Of a stretch of DNA of 64,000 nt, positions 55,601-64,000 are shown piece after piece. Source of the stretch: Ignavibacteria bacterium (lineage in GTDB: Bacteria > Bacteroidota > Ignavibacteria > Tepidaquicellales > OLB5); NCBI GenBank assembly GCA_049516635.1, contig JBEKSX010000001.1:1671-65670 (forward strand), in the 5' to 3' direction. The notes under the pieces were generated by a model. It was not told where the DNA came from, ran no database searches, and saw only the letters and a list, made by a program, of their open reading frames with translations. The translations under genes were made by a program, and so were the position numbers. Position 1 is the stretch's first letter, and each line of letters opens with the position of its first letter.

Positions 55601-57028
55601 TTCAAAGCAAGTATCTTCTCCATTTTTTGAAATTGTAAATTCGAATGTTTGTGTTTCACCGGTCTTAAACGCTGCCGTAATATTTTTCTTCAGAGTTAAA
55701 GCAAATTCCGAAGGGAGCACATCATCAATTTTTTTATTTAGAAAATCCTGAGGTAAAAAGAAAAGGTCACTGATATTTTTTGCCTTACAATCTAAAAAAG
55801 TTCCTTCACTGTTGAATTGGAACATAATATCAGGTATAGTATTTATCAGTATAGTATTCCTGCGTTCGCTTTTCAACAGCTGTTCTTCAGCCTGTTTTTG
55901 CTGTGTAATATCCTGTGTAAATGCAATAACCCCTACTATTTGCCCTTTTTCATTTCGGTAAGGAATTTTATCGGTTTTAATCCATAAACTCTCACCCTTA
56001 TCCGTTTTGATCCTATCTACTATACCAAATTTGGGAATTCCTGTGCTTATTACTTCCCGGTCTTCTTCCAGGAACTTGGCTGCCTCATCAGGATAAAACT
56101 CCTCGGTATATTTACCCTCCATTTCTTCAACAGTACATCCTTTTATTTTTGCTGCAAGTTTATTCACTCTGAGAATCCTGTTGTTATCATCTTTATATGT
56201 AATCATTGCAGGCACGGTATCCAGTATTAATCTATACTCCTCTTGCTGTTTTCTTATTATCTGTTCTGCCCTTTTCTGTTCGGTAATATCGGTCATGATG
56301 CTTTCCAGGGCTATAGGCAGGTTTTTATCATTTGTTATGAGAACATTTCTTTGGTTTATCCACTTAATATCCCCATTTTTATGAATAATCTGATATTCAT
56401 ATATAGGCTGAACATCCCCTTCCAGTAGCCGGGACCATTGCACATCAAAATAGTGCCGCCAATCAGGATGTATGATATCCTTTAATAATAGAGGTTTATG
56501 ATAGAATTCTTCAGGACCATAACCTGTAATTTCTAAAGAAGCTTTATTCACGTATTCATAATGACCATCGGCTAGAGATATTCTATTAATCATATCCCGT
56601 GCATTTTCTGCAAGCCTGAAATAACGTTTTTCGCTCTCCTCTAACTTCTTTTCAGCATCAAATTTATATAGTGCCATTCTTATAGTGGCTTTCAGGTCTC
56701 TATCTTGAAATGGTTTAAGAATAAAACCATAGGGTTTAGTGGTTTTTGTTCTGTTCAGCGTATCATCATCTTCGTGCGCTGTTAGATAGACTACGGGTAT
56801 TTGATATAGATCTAATATCTTTTTTGCTGCTTCTATTCCATCAATATCTCCCTTCAAAAGTATGTCCATTAATATTAGATCGGGTTTGTATTCACCTGCT
56901 AATTTTATAGCTTCTTCTCCGGTTTCCACTATGTCAGAAGTTTCATATCCTAAACCTATGAGAGTCCTTTTAATATCAAATGCAATGATACTCTCATCTT
57001 CGACGATCATTATTTTTACCTTTGGCAA
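52619..57028 (-). CDS. Hybrid signalling protein: N-terminal receiver, about nine PAS domains, and a HisKA_2-type histidine kinase core
   Basis: 1469 aa. It has a receiver (IMIVEDE...DLILMDILL..DIDG), repeated PAS/PAC units each ending in DIT[EQ][QR]K, a HisKA_2 H-box EIHHRVKNNLQII, and HATPase motifs (NELVTNSYKHAF, DDGIGIP). Confidence 0.9.
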   Translation of the reverse strand: MPKVKIMIVEDESIIAFDIKRTLIGLGYETSDIVETGEEAIKLAGEYKPDLILMDILLKGDIDGIEAAKKILDLYQIPVVYLTAHEDDDTLNRTKTTKPYGFILKPFQDRDLKATIRMALYKFDAEKKLEESEKRYFRLAENARDMINRISLADGHYEYVNKASLEITGYGPEEFYHKPLLLKDIIHPDWRHYFDVQWSRLLEGDVQPIYEYQIIHKNGDIKWINQRNVLITNDKNLPIALESIMTDITEQKRAEQIIRKQQEEYRLILDTVPAMITYKDDNNRILRVNKLAAKIKGCTVEEMEGKYTEEFYPDEAAKFLEEDREVISTGIPKFGIVDRIKTDKGESLWIKTDKIPYRNEKGQIVGVIAFTQDITQQKQAEEQLLKSERRNTILINTIPDIMFQFNSEGTFLDCKAKNISDLFFLPQDFLNKKIDDVLPSEFALTLKKNITAAFKTGETQTFEFTISKNGEDTCFETRLVVSGEDEILAIMRDITERKKADLSLRDSEEKYRKLTHNAPIAITRLSIKTKRYEIVNDEFIRQSGYTLDEFNQLSIDQLNELIHPDDLDNLTNIYNTWVKDGFKEINHIIYRAFNKFGEQLWLDTYHYADLDTNGNPVAINQLYIDITEQKRYEEAVRLSEAKFRAVCDISPAAIYIFQNEKFLYGNEYALELTGYTLDEVKKMKFWDVVHPDFKEILKSRGLARIRGEKVINRYEAKIMTKSGEEKWLDFTVTLFELNGKPAVLGNGLDITEQKKSRDILQLSEEKYRKLAENSPLAVTRLLVKDSTYEFVNDEFTRQSGYTKDEFNALSDTELIDMIYPEDRERVFSFYNQWRKENFKGVKRIDYRIINRNKKVVWLDTYLYAEFDSFGNTHAVIQICIDISERKAAEEALKQSELKFRAVTEAIQASIVITKGERIVYVNPYFEHIFGYEAKDLFKMNFLDLVRPDYKKVIKERIITQMKGEYVDPVYDFIIISRSGKERWAQISSVLIEYENQKAILSLVLDVTEVKNAEDLIKLSEEKFRVVAECMPAEIVIFQDERFVYANPYAEILTGYKVDEIVGENFWEFTHPDFKDVAKQRGLNKLLGKKEPVRYEMKILTKEGTEKWVDYSSAQVIYNGKPAVLGTAIDITERKVIEEALRESEARYRAIVEDQTEMIYRWMPDGTLTYVNDAYSRYFKKSKNELIGTKFYITIPEEEYQKFEKHFKSLNFQNPVATIEHRMVMPDKEIRWQRWTDRALFDENKKIIGYQSVGRDITELKKSEDEIKQSLLEKEVLLKEIHHRVKNNLQIITSLLKLQSTYVKDKRALELFKESQNRVQSMALIHQKLYQSKNLGKINFDEYLRTLIAYIMQSFGTSKPAVEVNLEAKDIFMSIDNAIPCGLIINELVTNSYKHAFKGRKKGMILIRLTLKQNKYTLEVKDDGIGIPDKINITESRTFGLKLISTLVEQIRGSIQITRPKGTLFTIIFE

Positions 57029-57250
57029 TGCACTATCTCCTTTTCTAATATAGAGGGGGATTAAAGCGATATCGGTGAAAATCCATATAATTCTACCTTG
57101 AGAATTACGGGTATTAACGAATTCCTGAATTATTAAACAATAATATGCTATTATGTAAAATAATAAAACACATTTATTTTACGCCAATTTATGCAAGTTT
57201 GTTAATCTATGATCCGAATGGAAGAATATATCATCATTTATTGGATGAAT

Positions 57251-57268
57251 TCTTGAGCTGGCAGAGGG
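57251..57268 (-). repeat. Direct repeat of the 3' end of tRNA-Thr (second copy at 57391-57408)
   Basis: The identical 18-mer tcttgagctggcagaggg occurs twice, 140 nt apart. The flanking atgaa and the aggtcgg of the T-arm region are also shared. Confidence 0.85.
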
Positions 57269-57395
57269 GTCTCTTCGGGAAACCATATTCCGACCTTCTA
57301 GCATATAGAAATGTAGTCGTACCCATGCTAGTGCAAATGGGACCGCAATATCAATGATCAGGTAAGTTTAGGTTAGTTTTCTAATGAAACTCTTG

Positions 57396-57467
57396 AGCTG
57401 GCAGAGGGACTTGAACCCCCGACCTGCGCATTACAAGTGCGCTGCTCTACCACTGAGCTATGCCAGC
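57396..57467 (-). tRNA. tRNA-Thr (anticodon UGU)
   Basis: The reverse complement is GCTGGCATAGCTCAGTGGTAGAGCAGCGCACTTGTAATGCGCAGGTCGGGGGTTCAAGTCCCTCTGCCAGCT. It forms a clean 72-nt cloverleaf with anticodon loop CTTGTAA. CCA is not encoded. Confidence 0.9.
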
Positions 57468-57527
57468 ATGAAATACAAATATAAAATTTCCCCGCAAAAT
57501 TAACAATAACAATAAGAAACAATGATT

Positions 57528-58127
57528 TTAAGATATTCTTACGAGGAATGTTCTCAGGCTGGTTAATGCTTTGCCCCGGTGAGAAATTTTATTTTTAGTT
57601 ACCAGATCAAGCTCGGCAAAAGTTTTGTTGTATCCTTCGGGTACAAAAAGAGGATCATAGCCAAAGCCATTTTCGCCTTTCATCTCCTCAATTACGTATC
57701 CCCTGCATTTTCCTTCGAACAGCATGTTATTGTAGAGAGAATTGTGCAGAACCAGTATGCATTTGAACCTTGCTGCTCTATGGTCTATATCCACACCTTT
57801 CAGTTCGTCCAATAATTTTTGGCAATTTTGAAGATCACTTGCACTTTCCCCTGCGTATCTGGATGAATGAACACCCGGCTGGTTATTAAGATAAGGAATT
57901 TCGAGTCCGGAATCGTCTGCGATAGTAGTAATTTTTGTGTGGTCGAAAACAATTTTTGCTTTCTTCAAAGCATTATCTTCAAAAGTCTTACAATCTTCCT
58001 CCATAATAGGAACTTCAGGAAAATCATCAATAGAGAAACACTCGATATCCAGCCCGTGAAGAAAATTTTTTATTTCCTTTATCTTACCTTGATTTTTTGA
58101 GGCGATTACGATTTGTCTCATAATCAA
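57528..58127 (-). CDS. rdgB: dITP/XTP pyrophosphatase (Ham1/RdgB family)
   Basis: 199 aa. Motifs are IASKNQGKIKE, DDSGLE and GFGYDPLF...ISHRGKA. Confidence 0.9.
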   Translation of the reverse strand: MIMRQIVIASKNQGKIKEIKNFLHGLDIECFSIDDFPEVPIMEEDCKTFEDNALKKAKIVFDHTKITTIADDSGLEIPYLNNQPGVHSSRYAGESASDLQNCQKLLDELKGVDIDHRAARFKCILVLHNSLYNNMLFEGKCRGYVIEEMKGENGFGYDPLFVPEGYNKTFAELDLVTKNKISHRGKALTSLRTFLVRIS

Positions 58128-58129
58128 AA

Positions 58130-59917
58130 TTATGCAAAAGTTTCCTTATATTGCAATTGATATAATTTGGAATATATTCCACCAAGTTCAAGAAGTTCAT
58201 GGTGGGTACCCATTTCCCTGATTTCACCTTTATGCATAACTATGATCTTATCACATTTCTGTATTGTAGAAAGTCTGTGTGCTATTATGATCGAAGTTCT
58301 TCCTTCCATTAATTTTTCAATTGCTTGCTGGATCAGTATCTCGGATTGGGTATCGACGCTAGAAGTTGCTTCATCGAGTATAAGTATCCGCGGATCAAAT
58401 GCAAGTGCTCTTGCGAAAGTAATAAGCTGCCTTTGTCCCTGTGAGAGAGTGACTCCCCTTTCCTTAACATTTTGCTGATACCCCTGGGGCAGTTTCATTA
58501 TAAAGTCGTCTATACCGATGATCTTTGCAGCTTCACGTACTTTCTCAAAGCCAACATTATTCTTGCCGAGCTTAATGTTATTTTCGATAGTATCGGAAAA
58601 CAGAAAAATATCCTGAATAACCAAGCTTATATTCTTCCTCAAGTCCTCCTGCAAAATGTCTTTTATATTTACCTGATCCAACAATATTTCGCCTTTTTGA
58701 ACATCATAGAACCGGCAGATGAGATTCATTATAGAAGTCTTTCCGGCACCGGTAGCACCTACAAATGCTACTTTTTCTCCCTCCCTGATATCGAAAGAGA
58801 GGTTCTTAAGTACATATTCATCTTTGTTATAAGCAAAGAACACATTCTTAAATTCAATATGCCCTTTTACATCTTTAAGCTTGATCGGATGGTCAGGATC
58901 GGGAATGACGTTATGCTGATCGAGAAGCCTGAAAATCCTCTCAGATGAAGCCATAGCAGTCTGCATAATATTGTATTTTTCAGAGAGATCTCTTATAGGT
59001 CTGAAGAACATTTCTGCATACTGCATGAACGAAATCAGTATGCCGATCGTCAGCGTATTTTGTATCACCCTTCCGCCGCCGTACCAAATTATCAGAGCAA
59101 TCGAGATCGCACTTATCAGCTCAACAATAGGGAAAAAGACCGAATAATACAAAACAGAACGTTTGTTAGCCAGTGTGTGCTCGTAATTAATTTCTTTGAA
59201 TTCATCGTATGTTCGTTCCTCTTTGCCGAAGATTTTGACCACCAGAATTCCGCTTATATGTTCCTGAAGGTAGGCATTCATTTTAGCTACCAGTGTTCTT
59301 ACATCACGGTAAGCTGCTCTTACCTTTCTTCTGAAAATTGCGGTAGCATAGATAAGAGGGATTATCACCGATAAGGAAATTAAGGTCAATTCCCAGCTTT
59401 GTGAGAACATGAAGAATAAGATTCCTGCAATTGTAAATATATCTGCAAAAACCATCACGATACCAGATGAAAACATCTCGTTTAATACTTCGATATCGTT
59501 TGTAAGCCGCGTAACAAGCCGACCCACGGGATTTTTATCGAAAAAGCTCATCGATAAACCCTGCAGATGCCTGAACAGCTCCATACGCAGGTCATATATC
59601 GTTCGCTGGCCAATCCACTGAGTCAAATAGGTCATTAGATACTGCAATAAGCCCTGGATAATCAATGTGCCAAAGAGTATCAGAATAATATTCCGTAGTC
59701 CTATTGCATCTTTATTCACTATATATTTATCTATTGCAATCTTGGTAAGATAGGGCCTAACGGTTGTGGCAAGTGAAATACCTATAGTCAGAATGATAGC
59801 TACTATTATCCATCCCCTATACGGTCTCAAGTATTTCAGGAGGCGCTTCATAAGGTGGGAATCGTAAGCTTTCCCGAGTACTTCGTCTTCGGTCAGTTCT
59901 TTTTTATTATTTGCCAT
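58130..59917 (-). CDS. ABC exporter half-transporter (TMD-NBD), consensus catalytic subunit
   Basis: 595 aa. Walker A is GATGAGKTS, Walker B is ILILDEATSSVD, and the signature is degenerate (LSQGQRQL). Confidence 0.9.
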   Translation of the reverse strand: MANNKKELTEDEVLGKAYDSHLMKRLLKYLRPYRGWIIVAIILTIGISLATTVRPYLTKIAIDKYIVNKDAIGLRNIILILFGTLIIQGLLQYLMTYLTQWIGQRTIYDLRMELFRHLQGLSMSFFDKNPVGRLVTRLTNDIEVLNEMFSSGIVMVFADIFTIAGILFFMFSQSWELTLISLSVIIPLIYATAIFRRKVRAAYRDVRTLVAKMNAYLQEHISGILVVKIFGKEERTYDEFKEINYEHTLANKRSVLYYSVFFPIVELISAISIALIIWYGGGRVIQNTLTIGILISFMQYAEMFFRPIRDLSEKYNIMQTAMASSERIFRLLDQHNVIPDPDHPIKLKDVKGHIEFKNVFFAYNKDEYVLKNLSFDIREGEKVAFVGATGAGKTSIMNLICRFYDVQKGEILLDQVNIKDILQEDLRKNISLVIQDIFLFSDTIENNIKLGKNNVGFEKVREAAKIIGIDDFIMKLPQGYQQNVKERGVTLSQGQRQLITFARALAFDPRILILDEATSSVDTQSEILIQQAIEKLMEGRTSIIIAHRLSTIQKCDKIIVMHKGEIREMGTHHELLELGGIYSKLYQLQYKETFA

Positions 59918-59918
59918 T

Positions 59919-61667
59919 TTAATCCATACCCTCCAGTTCCTGTTCCAGCAGCTGCTTGAAATAAATATCGGCGTAAATACCTTCCTGCTGTATCAGTGAT
60001 TCGTGTGTACCCTCTTCAGCGATACTTCCTTTCTTGAGTACAACAATTCTGTCGGAATTCTTAAGTGTCGATACACGGTGGCTTATTAGAATTGTGGTTC
60101 TCTGTTTCATCACATCTTTTAAAGCTTTTAAGATCTCCTCTTCAGTATATGTATCGACTGCAGAAAAGGCATCATCGAGAATGAGTATCCTGGGATTTAT
60201 TGCAATTGCACGGGATATTGAAGTACGTTGTTTTTGCCCGCCGGATAAATTGATACCCCTTTCTCCAAGGATCGTCTCAAAACGGTTTGGGAAAGTATCA
60301 ATCTCTTTATAGATCTGTGAGATTTTAGAAACTGCTATAATGCCGTCTTTATCCATGGTCTCATCTCCGTATGAAATATTATTTTCAATCGTATCGGAGA
60401 ATAAGAATGTCTCTTGAGGCACATAACCGATAGAAGTTCTTAATTTCTTTATAGGGATCTTCTTAATATTTGTTCCGTCTACAAGTATCTCACCTTCAGA
60501 ACACTCGAATAATCTTGGTATCAAATTCACCAGTGTGGATTTTCCCGAACCGGTATGGCCTATCAAACCTATGGTTTCACCTTCCTTAATTTTAAGATTA
60601 AGGTTTTTCAGCACATACGGCAGCTCACTGCTATACCTGAAGCTGAGATTTTTAAATTCGATGCTTCCTCTTATCGCCTGAATATTATAGTCTGTTAATT
60701 CAGTGTCATTAATTTTAGGTTCAGAATCGAACACCTTGCATAATCTCATCATAGAAGCGTTCGCTCTCTGCGTAAGATTGATAATCCATCCGAAAGCTAT
60801 GATTGGCCAGGTTAAAAGTCCCAGGTATATAATGAACGCTGTCAGCTCACCTAGCGTAAGTGAACCATTTATAACTTTGTTACCACCAACGAAGAGAACT
60901 ATTACCACGGAAATACCCGTCAGGAGGAACATCATCGGAAACGAAAATGACTGAACCAATGCCAGAGACATGTTTTTCTTTTGATAATCCAGTGATTCTT
61001 CCGCAAAACTGTTTATCTCGCTTTTCTCTCTCACATAAGCTTTTATTACTTTTATACCTGAAAGATTCTCCTGTGCACGGGTTGTCATATCAGAAAATTG
61101 AGTTTGCACTTTCTCAAACTTGTAGTTGATGCTTTTTCCGACCCTGTATACAAAATAGGATATCAATGGAATAGGAATAACAGAAACTATTGTAAGCTGT
61201 AAGTTTAGTGACATCATAAGAGATATCGCCATCAAAAAGTTTATGATAGTTTCTGCTGAATACATGATCCCCGGCCCGAGAAAATTCCGGACTGCGGATA
61301 TGTCATTTGTAGCCAGAGCCATTACCTCACCGGTAGAATGATTATGGAAGTACTGCAGATCCTGTTTTCTTACGCATTTAACAAAATCATTTCTCAGATC
61401 ATTCTCGATTTCCCTTGATATTACTATTATTGTTTGCCTTGTAAAATAAAGGAATATTCCGCTCAACACTGCAAATCCGACAGTAACTAGTGCATATTTA
61501 AACAGTAATACGGTATCAGGGTGCGATTTTATCGAGTCAATCGCTCTTGAAATGACGAAAGGCACTATGTTTGTAAATACAGCACCTAAGAGAATTACCG
61601 TAAATCCTAAGATTAACTTGTTTTTGTATTCAAAAAGATATGGTAGAAGTCGTTTAAGGTATGTCAT
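59919..61667 (-). CDS. ABC exporter half-transporter (TMD-NBD), degenerate-site subunit
   Basis: 582 aa. Walker A is GHTGSGKST, the signature is LSGGQKQR, and Walker B is ILILDDAFSAVD (D-D). Confidence 0.9.
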   Translation of the reverse strand: MTYLKRLLPYLFEYKNKLILGFTVILLGAVFTNIVPFVISRAIDSIKSHPDTVLLFKYALVTVGFAVLSGIFLYFTRQTIIVISREIENDLRNDFVKCVRKQDLQYFHNHSTGEVMALATNDISAVRNFLGPGIMYSAETIINFLMAISLMMSLNLQLTIVSVIPIPLISYFVYRVGKSINYKFEKVQTQFSDMTTRAQENLSGIKVIKAYVREKSEINSFAEESLDYQKKNMSLALVQSFSFPMMFLLTGISVVIVLFVGGNKVINGSLTLGELTAFIIYLGLLTWPIIAFGWIINLTQRANASMMRLCKVFDSEPKINDTELTDYNIQAIRGSIEFKNLSFRYSSELPYVLKNLNLKIKEGETIGLIGHTGSGKSTLVNLIPRLFECSEGEILVDGTNIKKIPIKKLRTSIGYVPQETFLFSDTIENNISYGDETMDKDGIIAVSKISQIYKEIDTFPNRFETILGERGINLSGGQKQRTSISRAIAINPRILILDDAFSAVDTYTEEEILKALKDVMKQRTTILISHRVSTLKNSDRIVVLKKGSIAEEGTHESLIQQEGIYADIYFKQLLEQELEGMD

Positions 61668-61852
61668 TATCGTAACTTAATATATTTACAATTTTATAAC
61701 CATATACAAATTTATAAAGTTCATTGGAAACAGCAGTATCATTTATATTAATGCGTTTTCATAATACAACTATTCAAGAAATTTCTTTTACAAAAAATAT
61801 GAAATATAGAATTTTAAATAGAGATAGTACATTATATACCTCAATACTTTCC

Positions 61853-61881
61853 TTGACAAACAATTCTAAATTGAGTATTTT
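61853..61881 (+). promoter_or_regulatory. Candidate sigma-70-type promoter of groES-groEL
   Basis: TTGACA (61853-61858), a 17-nt spacer, then TATTTT (61876-61881), overlapping the CIRCE left arm. The promoter consensus in this lineage is uncertain. Confidence 0.45.
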
Positions 61882-61906
61882 AGCACTCCTCTAATGAGAG
61901 TGCTAA
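61880..61906 (+). promoter_or_regulatory. CIRCE operator (HrcA binding site)
   Basis: A perfect TTAGCACTC-N9-GAGTGCTAA lies 54 nt upstream of the groES start. Confidence 0.9.
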
Positions 61907-61959
61907 TATATATTTATAAACTATTAATAAACAATACATTAATTTAAGGAGGATTTAAA

Positions 61960-62247
61960 ATGAATCTTAAACCACTTGGAGACAGGGTCGTAGTGAAGCC
62001 CAAAGAACCTGAAGAGGTTACTAAAGGCGGGATCATTCTTCCCGATACCGCAAAGGAAAAACCAATGGAAGGTGAAATAGTAGCGGTAGGAGCAGGAAGA
62101 ATAGCCGATGACGGCAAGAAGATTAATATGGAACTCAAGGTCGGTGATAAGGTGCTGTACGGTAAATACAGCGGAACCGAGATAAAGATCAACGATGAAG
62201 AATATCTTATCATGCGCGAAAGCGATGTTTATGCCATCATTAAATAA
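61960..62247 (+). CDS. groES: Co-chaperonin GroES
   Basis: 95 aa. [14 protein letters not shown]...[20 protein letters not shown] is preceded by aaggagga. Confidence 0.95.
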   Translation: MNLKPLGDRVVVKPKEPEEVTKGGIILPDTAKEKPMEGEIVAVGAGRIADDGKKINMELKVGDKVLYGKYSGTEIKINDEEYLIMRESDVYAIIK

Positions 62248-62258
62248 TTTTAATATAG

Positions 62259-63929
<1,671 letters not shown>

Positions 63930-63955
63930 GAATAGCTTAAAACAGATTAGATGTT

Positions 63956-63990
63956 AAAAAACCCCGCTGAACATGCGGGGTTTAATTTTT
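63956..63990 (+). terminator. Rho-independent terminator of groESL
   Basis: aaaaaccccgc-tgaacat-gcggggttt is followed by aattttttc. Confidence 0.8.
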
Positions 63991-64000
63991 TCATTTGGTT

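Noticed and set aside
57145-57357. 70-aa plus-strand ORF upstream of tRNA-Thr
   Set aside because: It spans the duplicated tRNA 3'-end fragment and AT-rich spacer. There is no RBS or recognisable domain. The repeat or scar interpretation explains it better.

Overview
This is an AT-rich 64-kb chromosomal window from a Gram-negative bacterium of the Fibrobacteres-Chlorobi-Bacteroidetes type, possibly Ignavibacteria-like (my inference). The basis is six proteins ending in type-A T9SS sorting domains (NYPNPFNP...K), a CIRCE-controlled groES-groEL, sigma-54 machinery and the general gene content. All calls come from reading the ORF translations and DNA by eye. No database search, alignment program or folding program was run.

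I can support about 48 protein genes, 2 tRNAs (Ser-GCU, Thr-UGU), about a dozen rho-independent terminator hairpins and one CIRCE operator. I see no rRNA, CRISPR array, integrase, transposase or recognisable defence gene.

Gene order:
- 0-11.4 kb: a PrsW-type protease (5' end cut by the window), an exopolysaccharide locus (Wzx flippase fused to a GT2, three more GT2, one GT4) running straight into nadD-lysC-dapB, and a Yip1-like membrane protein.
- 11.4-17.9 kb: a T9SS beta-helix protein downstream of an extended ECF sigma factor, then pepF, a SAM methyltransferase and rsgA.
- 18-29 kb: a heterodimeric ABC exporter pair, a PhzF-family protein, two T9SS proteins, htrA, recO, mtnA and a PfkB kinase.
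- 29.3-39.6 kb: four BNR/Asp-box propeller paralogues around an enlarged SppA and an exported Bcp.
- 39.9-44.5 kb: dnaX, an agmatinase-family gene, a TPR protein with a PEEK-type tandem repeat, and tRNA-Ser.
- 44.8-49.9 kb: a minus-strand locus with two GcvH-fold paralogues, a sensor kinase with heme-c motifs, a sigma-54 activator and an archaemetzincin.
- 50.4-64 kb: an MFS transporter, two orphan small ORFs, a 1469-aa receiver-PASx9-HisKA_2 kinase, tRNA-Thr with a duplicated 3' end, rdgB, a second ABC exporter pair and groESL.

The best candidates for an undescribed system are the 44.8-49.9 kb locus and the SppA/BNR/T9SS cluster. Both proposals are inference from sequence context and need computational and experimental checks.
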